From: Verrucomicrobiota bacterium
GTDB taxonomy: Bacteria > Verrucomicrobiota > Verrucomicrobiia > Limisphaerales > CANJSG01
DNA: 64,000 nucleotides
Direction: 5' to 3'
Assembly (NCBI GenBank): GCA_947476875.1
Contig: CANJSG010000002.1
Location: 1,926-65,925 of the forward strand
Shown here: positions 19,396 through 28,545 of the stretch, piece after piece
Layout: every line of letters begins with the position of its first letter
Numbering within the stretch: the stretch's first letter is position 1
Position numbers and translations under genes: made by a program
Notes under the pieces: model-generated
Seen by the model: the letters and a program-made list of their open reading frames with translations, nothing else
What the model was told of the DNA's origin: nothing
Databases searched by the model: none

Positions 19396-21321
19396 ATGAG
19401 CAGAATCGTCGGCATCGACCTCGGCACCACCAACTCGCTCGTCGCCACCGTGGACGCGGGCATCCCGCTCGTCATCGCGGACGCCGAAGGCCAGCGCCTC
19501 ACGCCCAGCGTCGTCCACGTGCCCGGACCGGATGCCGCGCCCGTCGTCGGCCACAAGGCCAACCGCGTCCGCGTCATCAAGCCCGCCGAGACGGTCTACT
19601 CGGTCAAGCGTTTCATGGGCCGACGCGGCGCCGAGGTCGCCCGCGAGGAGATGGTCGTCACTTATCCCATCCGCGGCGAAGGAGGCGGCCCCGTCCAGAT
19701 CGAGATGCACGGGCGCCTGTGGACGCCTGAGGAGGTTTCCGCCGAAGTGCTGAAGAAGCTCAAGGCCGACGCCGAGGCCTACTTCGACGGCGAACCCGTC
19801 ACCCGCGCCGTCATCACCGTCCCCGCCTACTTCAACGACGCCCAGCGCAACGCCACCAAGAAGGCCGGCGAACTCGCCGGGCTGACCGTCGAACGGATCA
19901 TCAACGAGCCCACCGCCGCCGCCTTGGCCTACGGCTTGGACAAGCTGAAGGAGAAGTCGAAGATAGCCGTCTACGATCTCGGCGGCGGCACCTTCGACCT
20001 CTCGATCCTCGAACTGGACAACGGCGTCTTCCAAGTCCTCTCCACCAACGGCAACACCCGCCTCGGCGGCGATGACATCGACGCCGCCCTCGTCGCCTTT
20101 CTCGTCGCAAAGGTGCAGCAAGCGGGCGGCGAGAATTTCAAATTCCAAATTTCAAATTTTGAACTGCTCGCCCGTCTCCGCGAAGCTGCCGAACACGCCA
20201 AGATCCGCCTCAGTTCCGAGACCGAGACCGAAATCTCGCTGCCCTTCCTCACGCCCGACTTCAGCTTCAGCCACACGCTCACCCGCGAGGAACTCGAACG
20301 CCTTGCCCGCCCGATCATCGAACGCTCCAAGGCCCACTGCCTCCGCTCCCTGTCCGACGCCAAACTCGAAGCCAAAGGCCTCGACCAGATCATCCTCGTC
20401 GGTGGCCAGACGCGCATGCCGCTTGTGCGAAGGCTGGTTTCCGAATGGTTCGGCTGCGCCGAGTTCGAGGAGACGCGCGGCGATCTCCGGCTGGGAACCG
20501 ACTACCACAAATCCTCCGGCCCGCAGCTCAACACCTCGCAGAATCCCGACGAAGCCGTCGCCCTCGGCGCGGCCATCCAGGCGGAGATTCTCAACGGCGG
20601 ATTCAAGAACGTCCTCCTCCTCGACGTCACACCGCTCTCGCTCGGCATCGAGACCTTCGGCGGTTTGATGAACGTCATCATCCATCGCAACTCCACCATT
20701 CCCGTGAAAGCCGGCGAGATGTTCACCACGGCCGTCGACAACCAGAAGTCCATGCTCATCCACGTGCTCCAGGGCGAACGCGAACGCGCCCAGCACAACT
20801 GGTCCCTCGGCCGCTTCGAGATCGAGTTCGAGCCCGCGCCCAAGGGCGTGCCGCGCGTCGGCGTGCAGTTCGAGATCGACGCCAACGGCATCCTCCACGT
20901 CCTCGCCCGCGACATCAAAACCGGCCACCAGAAGATCGTGCAGATGACGAGCGCCGTGGATGTGGACGACGCCGACGTGCAGAAAATGGTCGAGGAAAGC
21001 CTCGAGCACGCCTTCGACGACCTGCGCTACCGGCAATGGACCGAAGCCAAGATCAAGGCCGGCGAAAACATCATGGCCACCCGCAAGGCCATGACCGAAT
21101 TCGCCTCCGAACTCGAAGAGGAATACCGGGGCCAGCTCGAAGCCGCGCTCACCGCCGTCGAAGCCGTCCTCTCCACCGAAGATTCCAAGACCAAGTCCGG
21201 CGATCCCAAGAAACTCAAGGAAGCCAACCAGCAGCTCGACGAAGTCACCAAACCCCTCGCCGAACACGCCATGGACAAAGCCATGGAAGCCATGCTGCGC
21301 CAGCGCGGAATGATCCGGTAG
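19396..21321 (+). CDS. Hsp70-family chaperone (HscA/DnaK-like)
   Basis: 641 aa. GIDLGTTNSLVA, DLGGGTFDLS and ILVGGQTRMP motifs. It has an extra segment (CAEFEETRGDLRLGTDYHKSSGPQL) before NPDEAVALGAA. Confidence 0.9.
   Translation: MSRIVGIDLGTTNSLVATVDAGIPLVIADAEGQRLTPSVVHVPGPDAAPVVGHKANRVRVIKPAETVYSVKRFMGRRGAEVAREEMVVTYPIRGEGGGPVQIEMHGRLWTPEEVSAEVLKKLKADAEAYFDGEPVTRAVITVPAYFNDAQRNATKKAGELAGLTVERIINEPTAAALAYGLDKLKEKSKIAVYDLGGGTFDLSILELDNGVFQVLSTNGNTRLGGDDIDAALVAFLVAKVQQAGGENFKFQISNFELLARLREAAEHAKIRLSSETETEISLPFLTPDFSFSHTLTREELERLARPIIERSKAHCLRSLSDAKLEAKGLDQIILVGGQTRMPLVRRLVSEWFGCAEFEETRGDLRLGTDYHKSSGPQLNTSQNPDEAVALGAAIQAEILNGGFKNVLLLDVTPLSLGIETFGGLMNVIIHRNSTIPVKAGEMFTTAVDNQKSMLIHVLQGERERAQHNWSLGRFEIEFEPAPKGVPRVGVQFEIDANGILHVLARDIKTGHQKIVQMTSAVDVDDADVQKMVEESLEHAFDDLRYRQWTEAKIKAGENIMATRKAMTEFASELEEEYRGQLEAALTAVEAVLSTEDSKTKSGDPKKLKEANQQLDEVTKPLAEHAMDKAMEAMLRQRGMIR
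20134..20158. repeat. AT-only tract with an 11-bp direct repeat AATTTCAAATT inside the Hsp70 CDS
   Basis: 20133-20163 reads gaatttcaaattccaaatttcaaattttgaa. Copies lie at 20134-20144 and 20148-20158, offset by 14 nt. Because they are in different reading frames, this is a nucleotide-level repeat and not a peptide repeat. Confidence 0.85.
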
Positions 21322-21401
21322 AGGAGGGGCGGTGCCGCCGAGCCGTCCCATTATTCCGTCCGGAGTTCTCCCAGGCGATCCTGGAAAATGAGGAGGGAAA
21401 A

Positions 21402-21809
21402 TCAGGGCCCGAAGAGATGCCGGAACGGGATTACGAATGGCAGGACGACGCACCACACGAGGAAGAAGCCGGCCATGGGCCATGGAAACGGCCCGGCACT
21501 CCGCGGCAACAGGGCCGGCAGCGCGGCCGCCAGCAGCCATGAACCCTTGTAGACCAACTGCAGGACCAGCACCGCGCAGAACGGCAAAGGGCGGAACAGG
21601 CCCAACCCGGACAACACGGCGATTCCAAGCCAGAGCGCGCCGGCCACGGTCATGGATGGCGAAGGAGTTGCCGATCTGCTGAAGACCCATCGCTCCGCCA
21701 AACGCGGCGCGAACAGGCTGAGTGCTCCGACATACCCGGCGACAAGGATGTTGGCGGCATAGACGACTTTGAGGGCGATCAGAGAAGTTTCCACCGGTGG
21801 AGTTGTCAC
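21402..21809 (-). CDS. Hypothetical 4-TM membrane protein
   Basis: 135 aa, almost entirely hydrophobic helices. No family recognised. Confidence 0.5.
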   Translation of the reverse strand: MTTPPVETSLIALKVVYAANILVAGYVGALSLFAPRLAERWVFSRSATPSPSMTVAGALWLGIAVLSGLGLFRPLPFCAVLVLQLVYKGSWLLAAALPALLPRSAGPFPWPMAGFFLVWCVVLPFVIPFRHLFGP

Positions 21810-21930
21810 AACCTCGAATCAATGTCCGAGCATTTCGCGCCAGTCAAGAGGACCAACCGACCGGTCTTCCGTCGCCACCAAGCGATCTTCGTGATGAACG
21901 CTCCTTAGCCGGAAAGATGCGGTGGGAACG

Positions 21931-21947
21931 CGGCCGCGAAGCGGCCG
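21931..21947 (-). terminator. GC hairpin CGGCCGC-gaa-GCGGCCG immediately after the shc stop
   Basis: 7-bp perfect GC-rich stem. The triloop reads TTC on the transcribed (minus) strand. It abuts the shc stop codon at 21948-21950. No clear U-tract. Confidence 0.35.
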
Positions 21948-23999
21948 TCACACCTTGTCGCCGATCTTCTCGCCGTTGAGCACCTTCTTGTAGGTGGCCA
22001 AGGCAAGGAGCGGCCAGGCGTTGCGATACATGTCGTATTTCAGGTAGAAGACCTTCGGGAAACCGGTGCCGGTCACTTCGTCCTCGGTCCACGAACCGTC
22101 GGTGTTCTGGGTGCGGACAAGGTATTCGATGCCGCGGCGAATGCTCTCGCGGTTGGCTTCGCCGAAGGCGAGCAGGCCCATGACGGCCCACGCGGTCTGC
22201 GATGCAGTGCTCGGACCCTGGCCCTTGAAGACGGGATCGTCGTAGGTGTTGCAGCGTTCGCCCCAGCCGCCGTCCTCGTGCTGGACGCTCTCCAGCCATT
22301 CGCGGCCCTTCACCAGCCACGGTTCGGCCATGTCGATGCCGAGCGCGGCCATGCCGCGGCAGACCTGCCAAGTGCCGTAGATGTAGTTCACACCCCAGCG
22401 GCCATACCAGGAACCGTCCTTCTCCTGCTGGCGTTTCACGTAGTCGATCGCGTCGACGATTTGTGGATGTTTCAGATCCCAGCCGTCGTAGCCGAGGAGT
22501 TCGAGGATGCGCGCGGTGATGTCGGCGCATTCGGGATCGAGCATGGCGTTGTGGTCCGCGAAGGGGACCTTTTCGAGGATGCCCTCCGTGCAGTCCTTGT
22601 CGAAGGCCGCCCAGCCGCCGTCCTTGCACTGGAAAGCCATCATCCAGTTCAAGCCGCGCCGGATGGAGTCGTCGCGTTTCTTGCGGTCGGCCAAGGCGAC
22701 CTTGCGCAGGGCGAGAAGGACCATCGCCGTGTCGTCGACGTCGGGGTTCCACTCGTTCCTGAACTCGAAAACCCAGCCTGACGGCTCGACCTTGGCGGGG
22801 TTCTTGTGGACCCAGTCGCCCTTGAACCGGATCTCGCGGTCGATGAGCCAATCGGCGGCCTTCTGCATCTGCGGGTGGTCGGCGGCGACGCCGGATTCAC
22901 GGAGGCAGATGGTGACGATGGCCGTGTCCCAGACGGGCGAGAAGCAGGGTTCGCAGCGGACGCTGTCCCCGGTCTCGTGCTGGAGCTTCTTCACCTCGTG
23001 CCACGCGCGTTTGACCTGCGGATGGTCGTCGGCGTAGCCCAGCGCCTTGAGGGCGATGAGGGCGTTGAGCATGGCCGGGAAGATGGCGGCGAGACCGTCG
23101 CTCTTCTCGAAGCGTTCAAGCATCCATTGCTCGCACTTCTTCAAGGCGCGCCGGCGGAAAGGATGGATGCCTCCGCGGACGAACAGTTCGGCAAACTTGT
23201 GGAGGCCGTCGAGCGAGAGGAAAAGGTTACGCCAGGTGAACGTCTGCGGATCGCGCGGGAGCGCCAGATCGCGCTCGTGGTAGCCCTCGGGATACAGTTC
23301 GTTGAGGTCGACGGCGACGGCGCGGGTGGGACGGAAATGGTTGATGATGGCCAGCGGCACGATCATGGCGCGCGACCAGTTGCTCATGTCCCAGAAGTTC
23401 ACGTGGAACCACTTTCCGATCATCATGACCTCGCACGGGATGGTCGGGAGCCACTTCCATGGGAAGAGGCCGATGAGCGCGAGGTAAAGCTTCGAGAAGG
23501 TGTTCATCCTCGGCACACCGCCGAGCCGCATCGCGACTTCGCGCGCCTTGAGCATGCGGGGATCGGTTGCGGCCACGCCGGCGAGCTTGAGGGCGAGGTA
23601 GGCCTTGATCGTGGCGTTCACCTCGGCGGGACCGCCGAAGTAGATGTTCCATCCGCCGTCGGGAAGCTGCTTCTCGAAGATGTGGTGGACCGCCTTCTTC
23701 TCCCAGGCGTTGTCCACGGAACGGTCCCAGTGGTGGTAGGCCACAAGATCGGCGATCAACGTGACATCCACCATCAGCTCGCCGACCCAGTAGCCCTCGG
23801 GCTTCTGGACGTTGAGCAAATAGTTCTGCGACCGCTTGAGGGCGGTATCGAACTCGTTGAAGGGATGGAGGACCGGAGCCGGGTCGTTGGCTGACGATTT
23901 TCGCACCCGATCCGCGTGGGACTGCTGGACCTGCATTACCCCATCAGGTTGCGAAATGGTGCCGAACGAGGCAAGGGCAACTTGATTGAACAACTCCAT
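21948..23999 (-). CDS. shc: Squalene-hopene cyclase
   Basis: Catalytic NPDVDDTAMV (DxDDTA) and multiple QW repeats (QxxDGGW / QxxDGSW). The start is taken at ATG 23999; 23936 is also possible. The track ORF extends to 24113. Confidence 0.92.
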   Translation of the reverse strand: MELFNQVALASFGTISQPDGVMQVQQSHADRVRKSSANDPAPVLHPFNEFDTALKRSQNYLLNVQKPEGYWVGELMVDVTLIADLVAYHHWDRSVDNAWEKKAVHHIFEKQLPDGGWNIYFGGPAEVNATIKAYLALKLAGVAATDPRMLKAREVAMRLGGVPRMNTFSKLYLALIGLFPWKWLPTIPCEVMMIGKWFHVNFWDMSNWSRAMIVPLAIINHFRPTRAVAVDLNELYPEGYHERDLALPRDPQTFTWRNLFLSLDGLHKFAELFVRGGIHPFRRRALKKCEQWMLERFEKSDGLAAIFPAMLNALIALKALGYADDHPQVKRAWHEVKKLQHETGDSVRCEPCFSPVWDTAIVTICLRESGVAADHPQMQKAADWLIDREIRFKGDWVHKNPAKVEPSGWVFEFRNEWNPDVDDTAMVLLALRKVALADRKKRDDSIRRGLNWMMAFQCKDGGWAAFDKDCTEGILEKVPFADHNAMLDPECADITARILELLGYDGWDLKHPQIVDAIDYVKRQQEKDGSWYGRWGVNYIYGTWQVCRGMAALGIDMAEPWLVKGREWLESVQHEDGGWGERCNTYDDPVFKGQGPSTASQTAWAVMGLLAFGEANRESIRRGIEYLVRTQNTDGSWTEDEVTGTGFPKVFYLKYDMYRNAWPLLALATYKKVLNGEKIGDKV

Positions 24000-24185
24000 G
24001 GCAAGCACTGTCCGCCGACGGGTCTGTCGGACCGCGGAACATGTCAGCGCCACCCGCAATGCTACTCGAACAGGTAGAAGTGCCAGTCGGCAAGGGTTTC
24101 CCAATGAAACCAAAAAAACACCACCGCATGTCGTCCGGCGGCCCGAAACCGGGCGGCCGGACGGCTGGTGGGTGCGCCTCGCCGA

Positions 24186-25166
24186 TCAGGCCTCCGCCAG
24201 CTTCAGCGCCAGCCGGATCGCATGGATCATGCTCGACGGATTGGCCACTCCCTTGCCCGCGATGTCGTAGGCTGTGCCGTGGTCGGGTGACGTGCGGATG
24301 AACTTCAAGCCGAGCGTCCAGTTAACGCCGGTCTCGAATCCAATCAGCTTCAACGGCCCCAGACCCTGGTCGTGATACATCGCCACCACGGCGTCGTATC
24401 CGCCGATGAACGCCTCATGGAACAACGTGTCGGCACTCATGGGTCCGACCACGTCCAAGCCCTCGGCCAGGGCACGCTCGACGGCGGGCCGGATGATGCG
24501 GATCTCCTCGTCGCCGATGTGGCCGCCCTCGCCGGCGTGGGGATTGAGCCCGCAGACTCCGACCCGGGAGCGGGGCAGTTTCAGCAATCGGCAGGATTCG
24601 GCGGCGCGTCTGATCGTGTTGAGGACATTGTCGACCGTCAGCGCGTGCGGCACGGAACGAAGCGGGATGTGCGTCGTCACCAGCGCGACCCGGAGCCAGC
24701 GCTTCCGATCATCACAGCCGAGAAGCATCATGGCCGTGTCCTTCTGGCCGCATAACTCGGAGAGCAGTTCCGTCTGACCGGTGAAGGCGGGATGGCCCGC
24801 CCGTATGATCGCCTCCTTGTTCACCGGGGCGGTGACCAGTCCGATCAGTTGGCCGCCGAGGCACTGGCGGGCGCCTTCATACAGAAACGCCATCGCCGCA
24901 TCGGCCCCGGCGGGAGCGCCGGCGGGAAGCGAGTCCGGCATGGCCGCACCGATCGGATCGATGACCACTAGGCGGTCGTAGGGACCGGAGTTCACTGCGG
25001 CCACGAGATCCAGCTTAGTTTCAAGTTTCCGGTCGAGCGTGCGCAGAAAACCCAACGGCCCGATCAACGCGAAACGTGTCTTCGGCTCCTTCAACAACGT
25101 CGCGACGGCCTTGAGGGTGACCTCCGGTCCGATCCCCGTGATGTCCCCGACTGTGATTCCGATCAT
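24186..25166 (-). CDS. pdxA: 4-hydroxythreonine-4-phosphate dehydrogenase
   Basis: Start at ATG 25166 (MIGITVGDITGIGPEV). NPHAGEGGHIG and HDQGL motifs. The track ORF (to 25436) carries a spurious Arg/Pro-rich extension. Confidence 0.88.
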   Translation of the reverse strand: MIGITVGDITGIGPEVTLKAVATLLKEPKTRFALIGPLGFLRTLDRKLETKLDLVAAVNSGPYDRLVVIDPIGAAMPDSLPAGAPAGADAAMAFLYEGARQCLGGQLIGLVTAPVNKEAIIRAGHPAFTGQTELLSELCGQKDTAMMLLGCDDRKRWLRVALVTTHIPLRSVPHALTVDNVLNTIRRAAESCRLLKLPRSRVGVCGLNPHAGEGGHIGDEEIRIIRPAVERALAEGLDVVGPMSADTLFHEAFIGGYDAVVAMYHDQGLGPLKLIGFETGVNWTLGLKFIRTSPDHGTAYDIAGKGVANPSSMIHAIRLALKLAEA

Positions 25167-25173
25167 GAACGCT

Positions 25174-26733
25174 TCACTCCAGCTTGCCTGCATACTCGGC
25201 GAGGGTGACGGCCATGCCGTCGATGATCTCCCTCCCGGAGGGTTTGCCCGGCCATGAGGAGTAATTGTTGAGGAGCAGCGAAAATGCAACCCGCTCCTTT
25301 CCGGCTGTCGTGACGTAGCCGGAAAGCGACGCGACGTAGGAAAGCGATCCTGTCTTGGCCGTGAGGTTGCGTTCGGCGGCCGTGCCCTTGAACCGGCTGC
25401 GCAACGTGCCGTCCACCCCGCCGACGGGCAGCGCATCGATGAACGCCTTGGACTGTGGATGCGTCGCCATGTGACGCAGCAGCGCGACGACCGCGTCCGG
25501 CGTGACCAGCGCCGTTCGCGAGAGACCGGAACCCTCCTCCAGATGGATATCCGTTGATTTTATCCCGACGCCCGCCAAGAAAGCCCTCAAATCCTGACCT
25601 CCTAGATTCTCGGTTGTCAGCAAGGGCGAATCTTCCCGCAGCCGCCTCCGTCCCGCCTGCAGCAGGAGCAGCTGTGCGTAGAGATTTTGAGAGGGTTTCA
25701 TCATTCCCTTCACCAGCTCGCCCATGGGCTTTGACATCATGAAGGCGATCTCCTTCCAGTTCGGGTTCAGGGGCGCGACATCGCGGTCGAGGCTGCCCAT
25801 GGAACGCGGAGCTTGATCCACGGTGATGCCGCGCGCGGCGAGAGCCGCCTTGAGCTGGGTGACGAAGAACAAAGCGGGGTTCGAGAGCGTGGCGGCGTCG
25901 CTGGTGGAGGTTCCCACCGGCAGCGAGCCGTGGACGTAGACGATATTCTGGCCCAGCGGCCGATAGAGTTCGACGGCGCTCTTGCCCCCTTTCGCCACGG
26001 TGACGGCGCGGTTGCTGAAGCTCAGGAAACTGGTCTCCGGCTTGAGCGTGAGCACGAGGGGATCGCCGACGTTCGCGCCGGCCTTGGCCACGAGGTCGAT
26101 GACGTTGTCCTGGAGCGTCAGCGCGGAGACCCCGGCACCGTAATAGTATTGCAGGTCGTCCGTCGTCCACGAACTGCCGTAGGGCGGCGTGCGAAAGAAG
26201 CTGTCGTCGCCGATCAACGCGCCGGTGATCCGCTTCACACCCGCCTTGGCAAAAGCGTCGAGCATTGGGACGAGCGCCTTGGAGTAGTCCCCGTCGTTGA
26301 AGCGGGCCGCCATGGAGAAATCGCCCCGGCCATAGATGACGACGTCTCCCGCAACCACGCCGTCCGCATCGGGCAATCCCGCAGCAAAGACGGACGTGCG
26401 GATGCGGAAATCAGAGCCGAAGCGGTCCAAGGCCAGCGCGCCGGTGAAGAGCTTGTTGTTCGACGCCGGTTTGCGGAGCGCGAAAGGTTCGTGCTCAAAA
26501 ATTACCCGGCCCGAATCGAGCGCCACGATCTTCACCCCTAGCGCGGCCTGCCGGAGATGCGGCTGGGTGGCCTGCGAACTCAGTTTGGCCACCAGCTCGG
26601 ACAAAGTCCGGAGCGGTGCATTCGTCGTCGCTCCGGCGGCGGCGGCGGCCGAGAACCCACCTAGGACAATCAGGGCAACAGCCAGCGGGATGGCCCGGCG
26701 GCCGGTTATGGTGAAGGCGGATTTCCATGCCAT
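25174..26733 (-). CDS. dacB: D-alanyl-D-alanine carboxypeptidase/endopeptidase, PBP4 (peptidase S13)
   Basis: Start at ATG 26733 (MAWKSAFTITGRRAIPLAVALIVLG, signal-like). SxxK motif as PASNNKLFT and KTG motif as AKTGSL. Confidence 0.8.
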   Translation of the reverse strand: MAWKSAFTITGRRAIPLAVALIVLGGFSAAAAAGATTNAPLRTLSELVAKLSSQATQPHLRQAALGVKIVALDSGRVIFEHEPFALRKPASNNKLFTGALALDRFGSDFRIRTSVFAAGLPDADGVVAGDVVIYGRGDFSMAARFNDGDYSKALVPMLDAFAKAGVKRITGALIGDDSFFRTPPYGSSWTTDDLQYYYGAGVSALTLQDNVIDLVAKAGANVGDPLVLTLKPETSFLSFSNRAVTVAKGGKSAVELYRPLGQNIVYVHGSLPVGTSTSDAATLSNPALFFVTQLKAALAARGITVDQAPRSMGSLDRDVAPLNPNWKEIAFMMSKPMGELVKGMMKPSQNLYAQLLLLQAGRRRLREDSPLLTTENLGGQDLRAFLAGVGIKSTDIHLEEGSGLSRTALVTPDAVVALLRHMATHPQSKAFIDALPVGGVDGTLRSRFKGTAAERNLTAKTGSLSYVASLSGYVTTAGKERVAFSLLLNNYSSWPGKPSGREIIDGMAVTLAEYAGKLE

Positions 26734-26805
26734 GGCGATCCGATGTTCCGCCACAGAACAGGCTTTGCAACATCGCACCGCGTTGTCGAATCTTGGGCCG
26801 TGGAA

Positions 26806-27294
26806 ATGCCGCCCATCGACCCCCCCGACGCCCACCGCCTGAACGCCGCCATCGGCTGGGCGGAACTGGGCCTCCACCACGACGCCCACGCGGAACTGGA
26901 CCGGCTTCCGCGGGCGTTGCTGGGACATCCGCAGGTGCTGGACGTGCGCTGGAAGGTCCATGCCCTCGCCAAGGACTGGGAGTCGGCGCTCGTTGCTTCC
27001 CGGGCCCAGGTCCACGTCGCGCCGGACGAGGCGAAAGGCTGGATCAACCAGTCCTACACGCTGCATGAGATGAAGCGGACGGGGGAGGCCTTCGATGCGC
27101 TTTCGGCGGTTGCCGCCGAGTTTCCCGACGAAGGCACCATCCCCTACAACCTTGCCTGCTACACTTGCCAGTTGGGCCGGCTGGAGGAAGCGCGCTTCTG
27201 GCTGAGTGAAGCGCGTCGCACCATCGGAAAAGACGCGCTGCGGAAGATGGCGAAGGAGGATCCGGACCTGAAACCGCTGCGGTCGGAGCTCTAG
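26806..27294 (+). CDS. Small TPR-like hypothetical protein
   Basis: 162 aa from ATG 26806. Helical-repeat pattern (WINQSYTLHEMKRTGEAFDAL, YNLACYTCQLGRLEEARFWL). Confidence 0.55.
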   Translation: MPPIDPPDAHRLNAAIGWAELGLHHDAHAELDRLPRALLGHPQVLDVRWKVHALAKDWESALVASRAQVHVAPDEAKGWINQSYTLHEMKRTGEAFDALSAVAAEFPDEGTIPYNLACYTCQLGRLEEARFWLSEARRTIGKDALRKMAKEDPDLKPLRSEL

Positions 27295-27306
27295 TCCGCC
27301 GCGGAA

Positions 27307-28209
27307 TCACTCCTTGGGTAGGAAGAACCCGCGCTGCTTTTCTGTGACCGGCAGGCTGAGGCGTTCGAGGACTTTGAGCATGTCTTCCCAGACTTTCCGT
27401 TTCTCGCTCAACGCCTGGAGGAGAAAGTCCGGGTGATGGGTGGGCATCACCGGAATTCCCCGGAACGTCTGCCAGCTTCCGCGCAGCTTCATGATGCCGG
27501 TGAAGTTGCCGAGCAATCCCTCCACGGCAGTGCCGCCCAGCGCGACGATGACCTTGGGTTTGATCAGCTCGATCTGCGCGAGGACATAGGGCGAACACGT
27601 CTTCATCTCGTCCAGAGTCGGCTTGCGGTTGCCGCCCGTTTCGCCCGGGGTATCGGGGCGGCACTTGAGGAGGTTCGCGATGTAGACCGTCTGGCGGCTC
27701 AGACCCATCGCCGCGATGATCTTGGTCAGGAGCTGGCCGGCCGGACCGACGAACGGTTCAGCCTGTGCATCTTCATCGGCCCCGGGTGCTTCGCCGATGA
27801 ACATGAGCCGGGCGCGGATGTCGCCCACGCCGAAGACCACGGACTTCCTCGCGGCGGCGAGATTCGGGCAACGCACGCAGCCCGACGCTTTCTCCCGTAG
27901 TTGCGCCATCGCTTCGTCGAGCGACTCGGGCACGACCCCCAAAATGGAGGCCGCTGCGGAGACGGCGGGAGAGGCCATCGGCGTGACAGCCGGTGCGGCG
28001 ACAAGCCGGGGCTTGGTGAATTCGGGGCGGGCACCCAAAGAAACGACCGCCGGCTTCACCGATGGAACGGCCGGAACCGCCGCCGCGAGCGGGCCGGAAA
28101 GGCTGGCGAACGTGTCGGCTTCGACGCCGACAAAGCTCGAACCACGCGCCTTCAGCGACTCCAGATGATGGATCGTGCTGTCGAGAAGCTGACGGTAGGC
28201 GTCGGTCAC
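27307..28209 (-). CDS. Uracil-DNA glycosylase, family 4, with an N-terminal extension of about 110 aa
   Basis: CVRCPNL, FIGEAPGADED (motif A), FVGPAGQLL and a C-terminal HHPDFLL (motif B-like). Confidence 0.82.
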   Translation of the reverse strand: MTDAYRQLLDSTIHHLESLKARGSSFVGVEADTFASLSGPLAAAVPAVPSVKPAVVSLGARPEFTKPRLVAAPAVTPMASPAVSAAASILGVVPESLDEAMAQLREKASGCVRCPNLAAARKSVVFGVGDIRARLMFIGEAPGADEDAQAEPFVGPAGQLLTKIIAAMGLSRQTVYIANLLKCRPDTPGETGGNRKPTLDEMKTCSPYVLAQIELIKPKVIVALGGTAVEGLLGNFTGIMKLRGSWQTFRGIPVMPTHHPDFLLQALSEKRKVWEDMLKVLERLSLPVTEKQRGFFLPKE

Positions 28210-28545
28210 GAGGTGAGCTTAGGAGGCGGTTTCTTCGCAGGCAATCATGCGGCTTGAATGCGGCGATTTGAACCGCCTGCTGCCGCTTCTCAGGAATGAG
28301 TGACTCGAATTGGCCAGATTGTTTCCCGGCCGTCATCTTTTCGACGCGGGAGCCGGGCAATCTAACTGGCATGGGGTCTGCGAACCCTCAAGCCGGCGCG
28401 CGAGCGTCGACTGCAATCCCAAGAACCTTGAGGCCGGGTAGGAACCAAAAATTACCTCCACCAAACCTCGGTCCGCCGCTCAAAACTAATTCAACGAGCC
28501 TGCCCGGTCTTTTGGTTCTCGGGATTGTCCCTTCAGCGCCGTCAC

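Noticed and set aside
20152-21822. 556-aa minus-strand ORF
   Set aside because: Antisense to the Hsp70 gene, whose plus-strand translation carries all the canonical Hsp70 motifs.
24186-25436. Long N-terminal extensions of several track ORFs (also 25174-27066, 43994-44968, 44698-46038, 55184-57079, 57826-59649, 2863-3993, 6936-8030)
   Set aside because: The extensions are Arg/Pro/Gly-rich and overlap the upstream gene extensively. Internal starts give canonical N-termini (signal peptides, prepilin motifs, MIGITVGD and so on), and often an exact ATGA/GTGA overlap with the preceding stop.
28210-28545. Possible SRP RNA, 6S RNA, tmRNA or RNase P RNA gene
   Set aside because: None of the conserved cores I know could be found on either strand: GGAAGCAGCC-type SRP domain IV, GAGGAAAGTCC of RNase P, or a tmRNA tag ORF with a tRNA-like 3' end.
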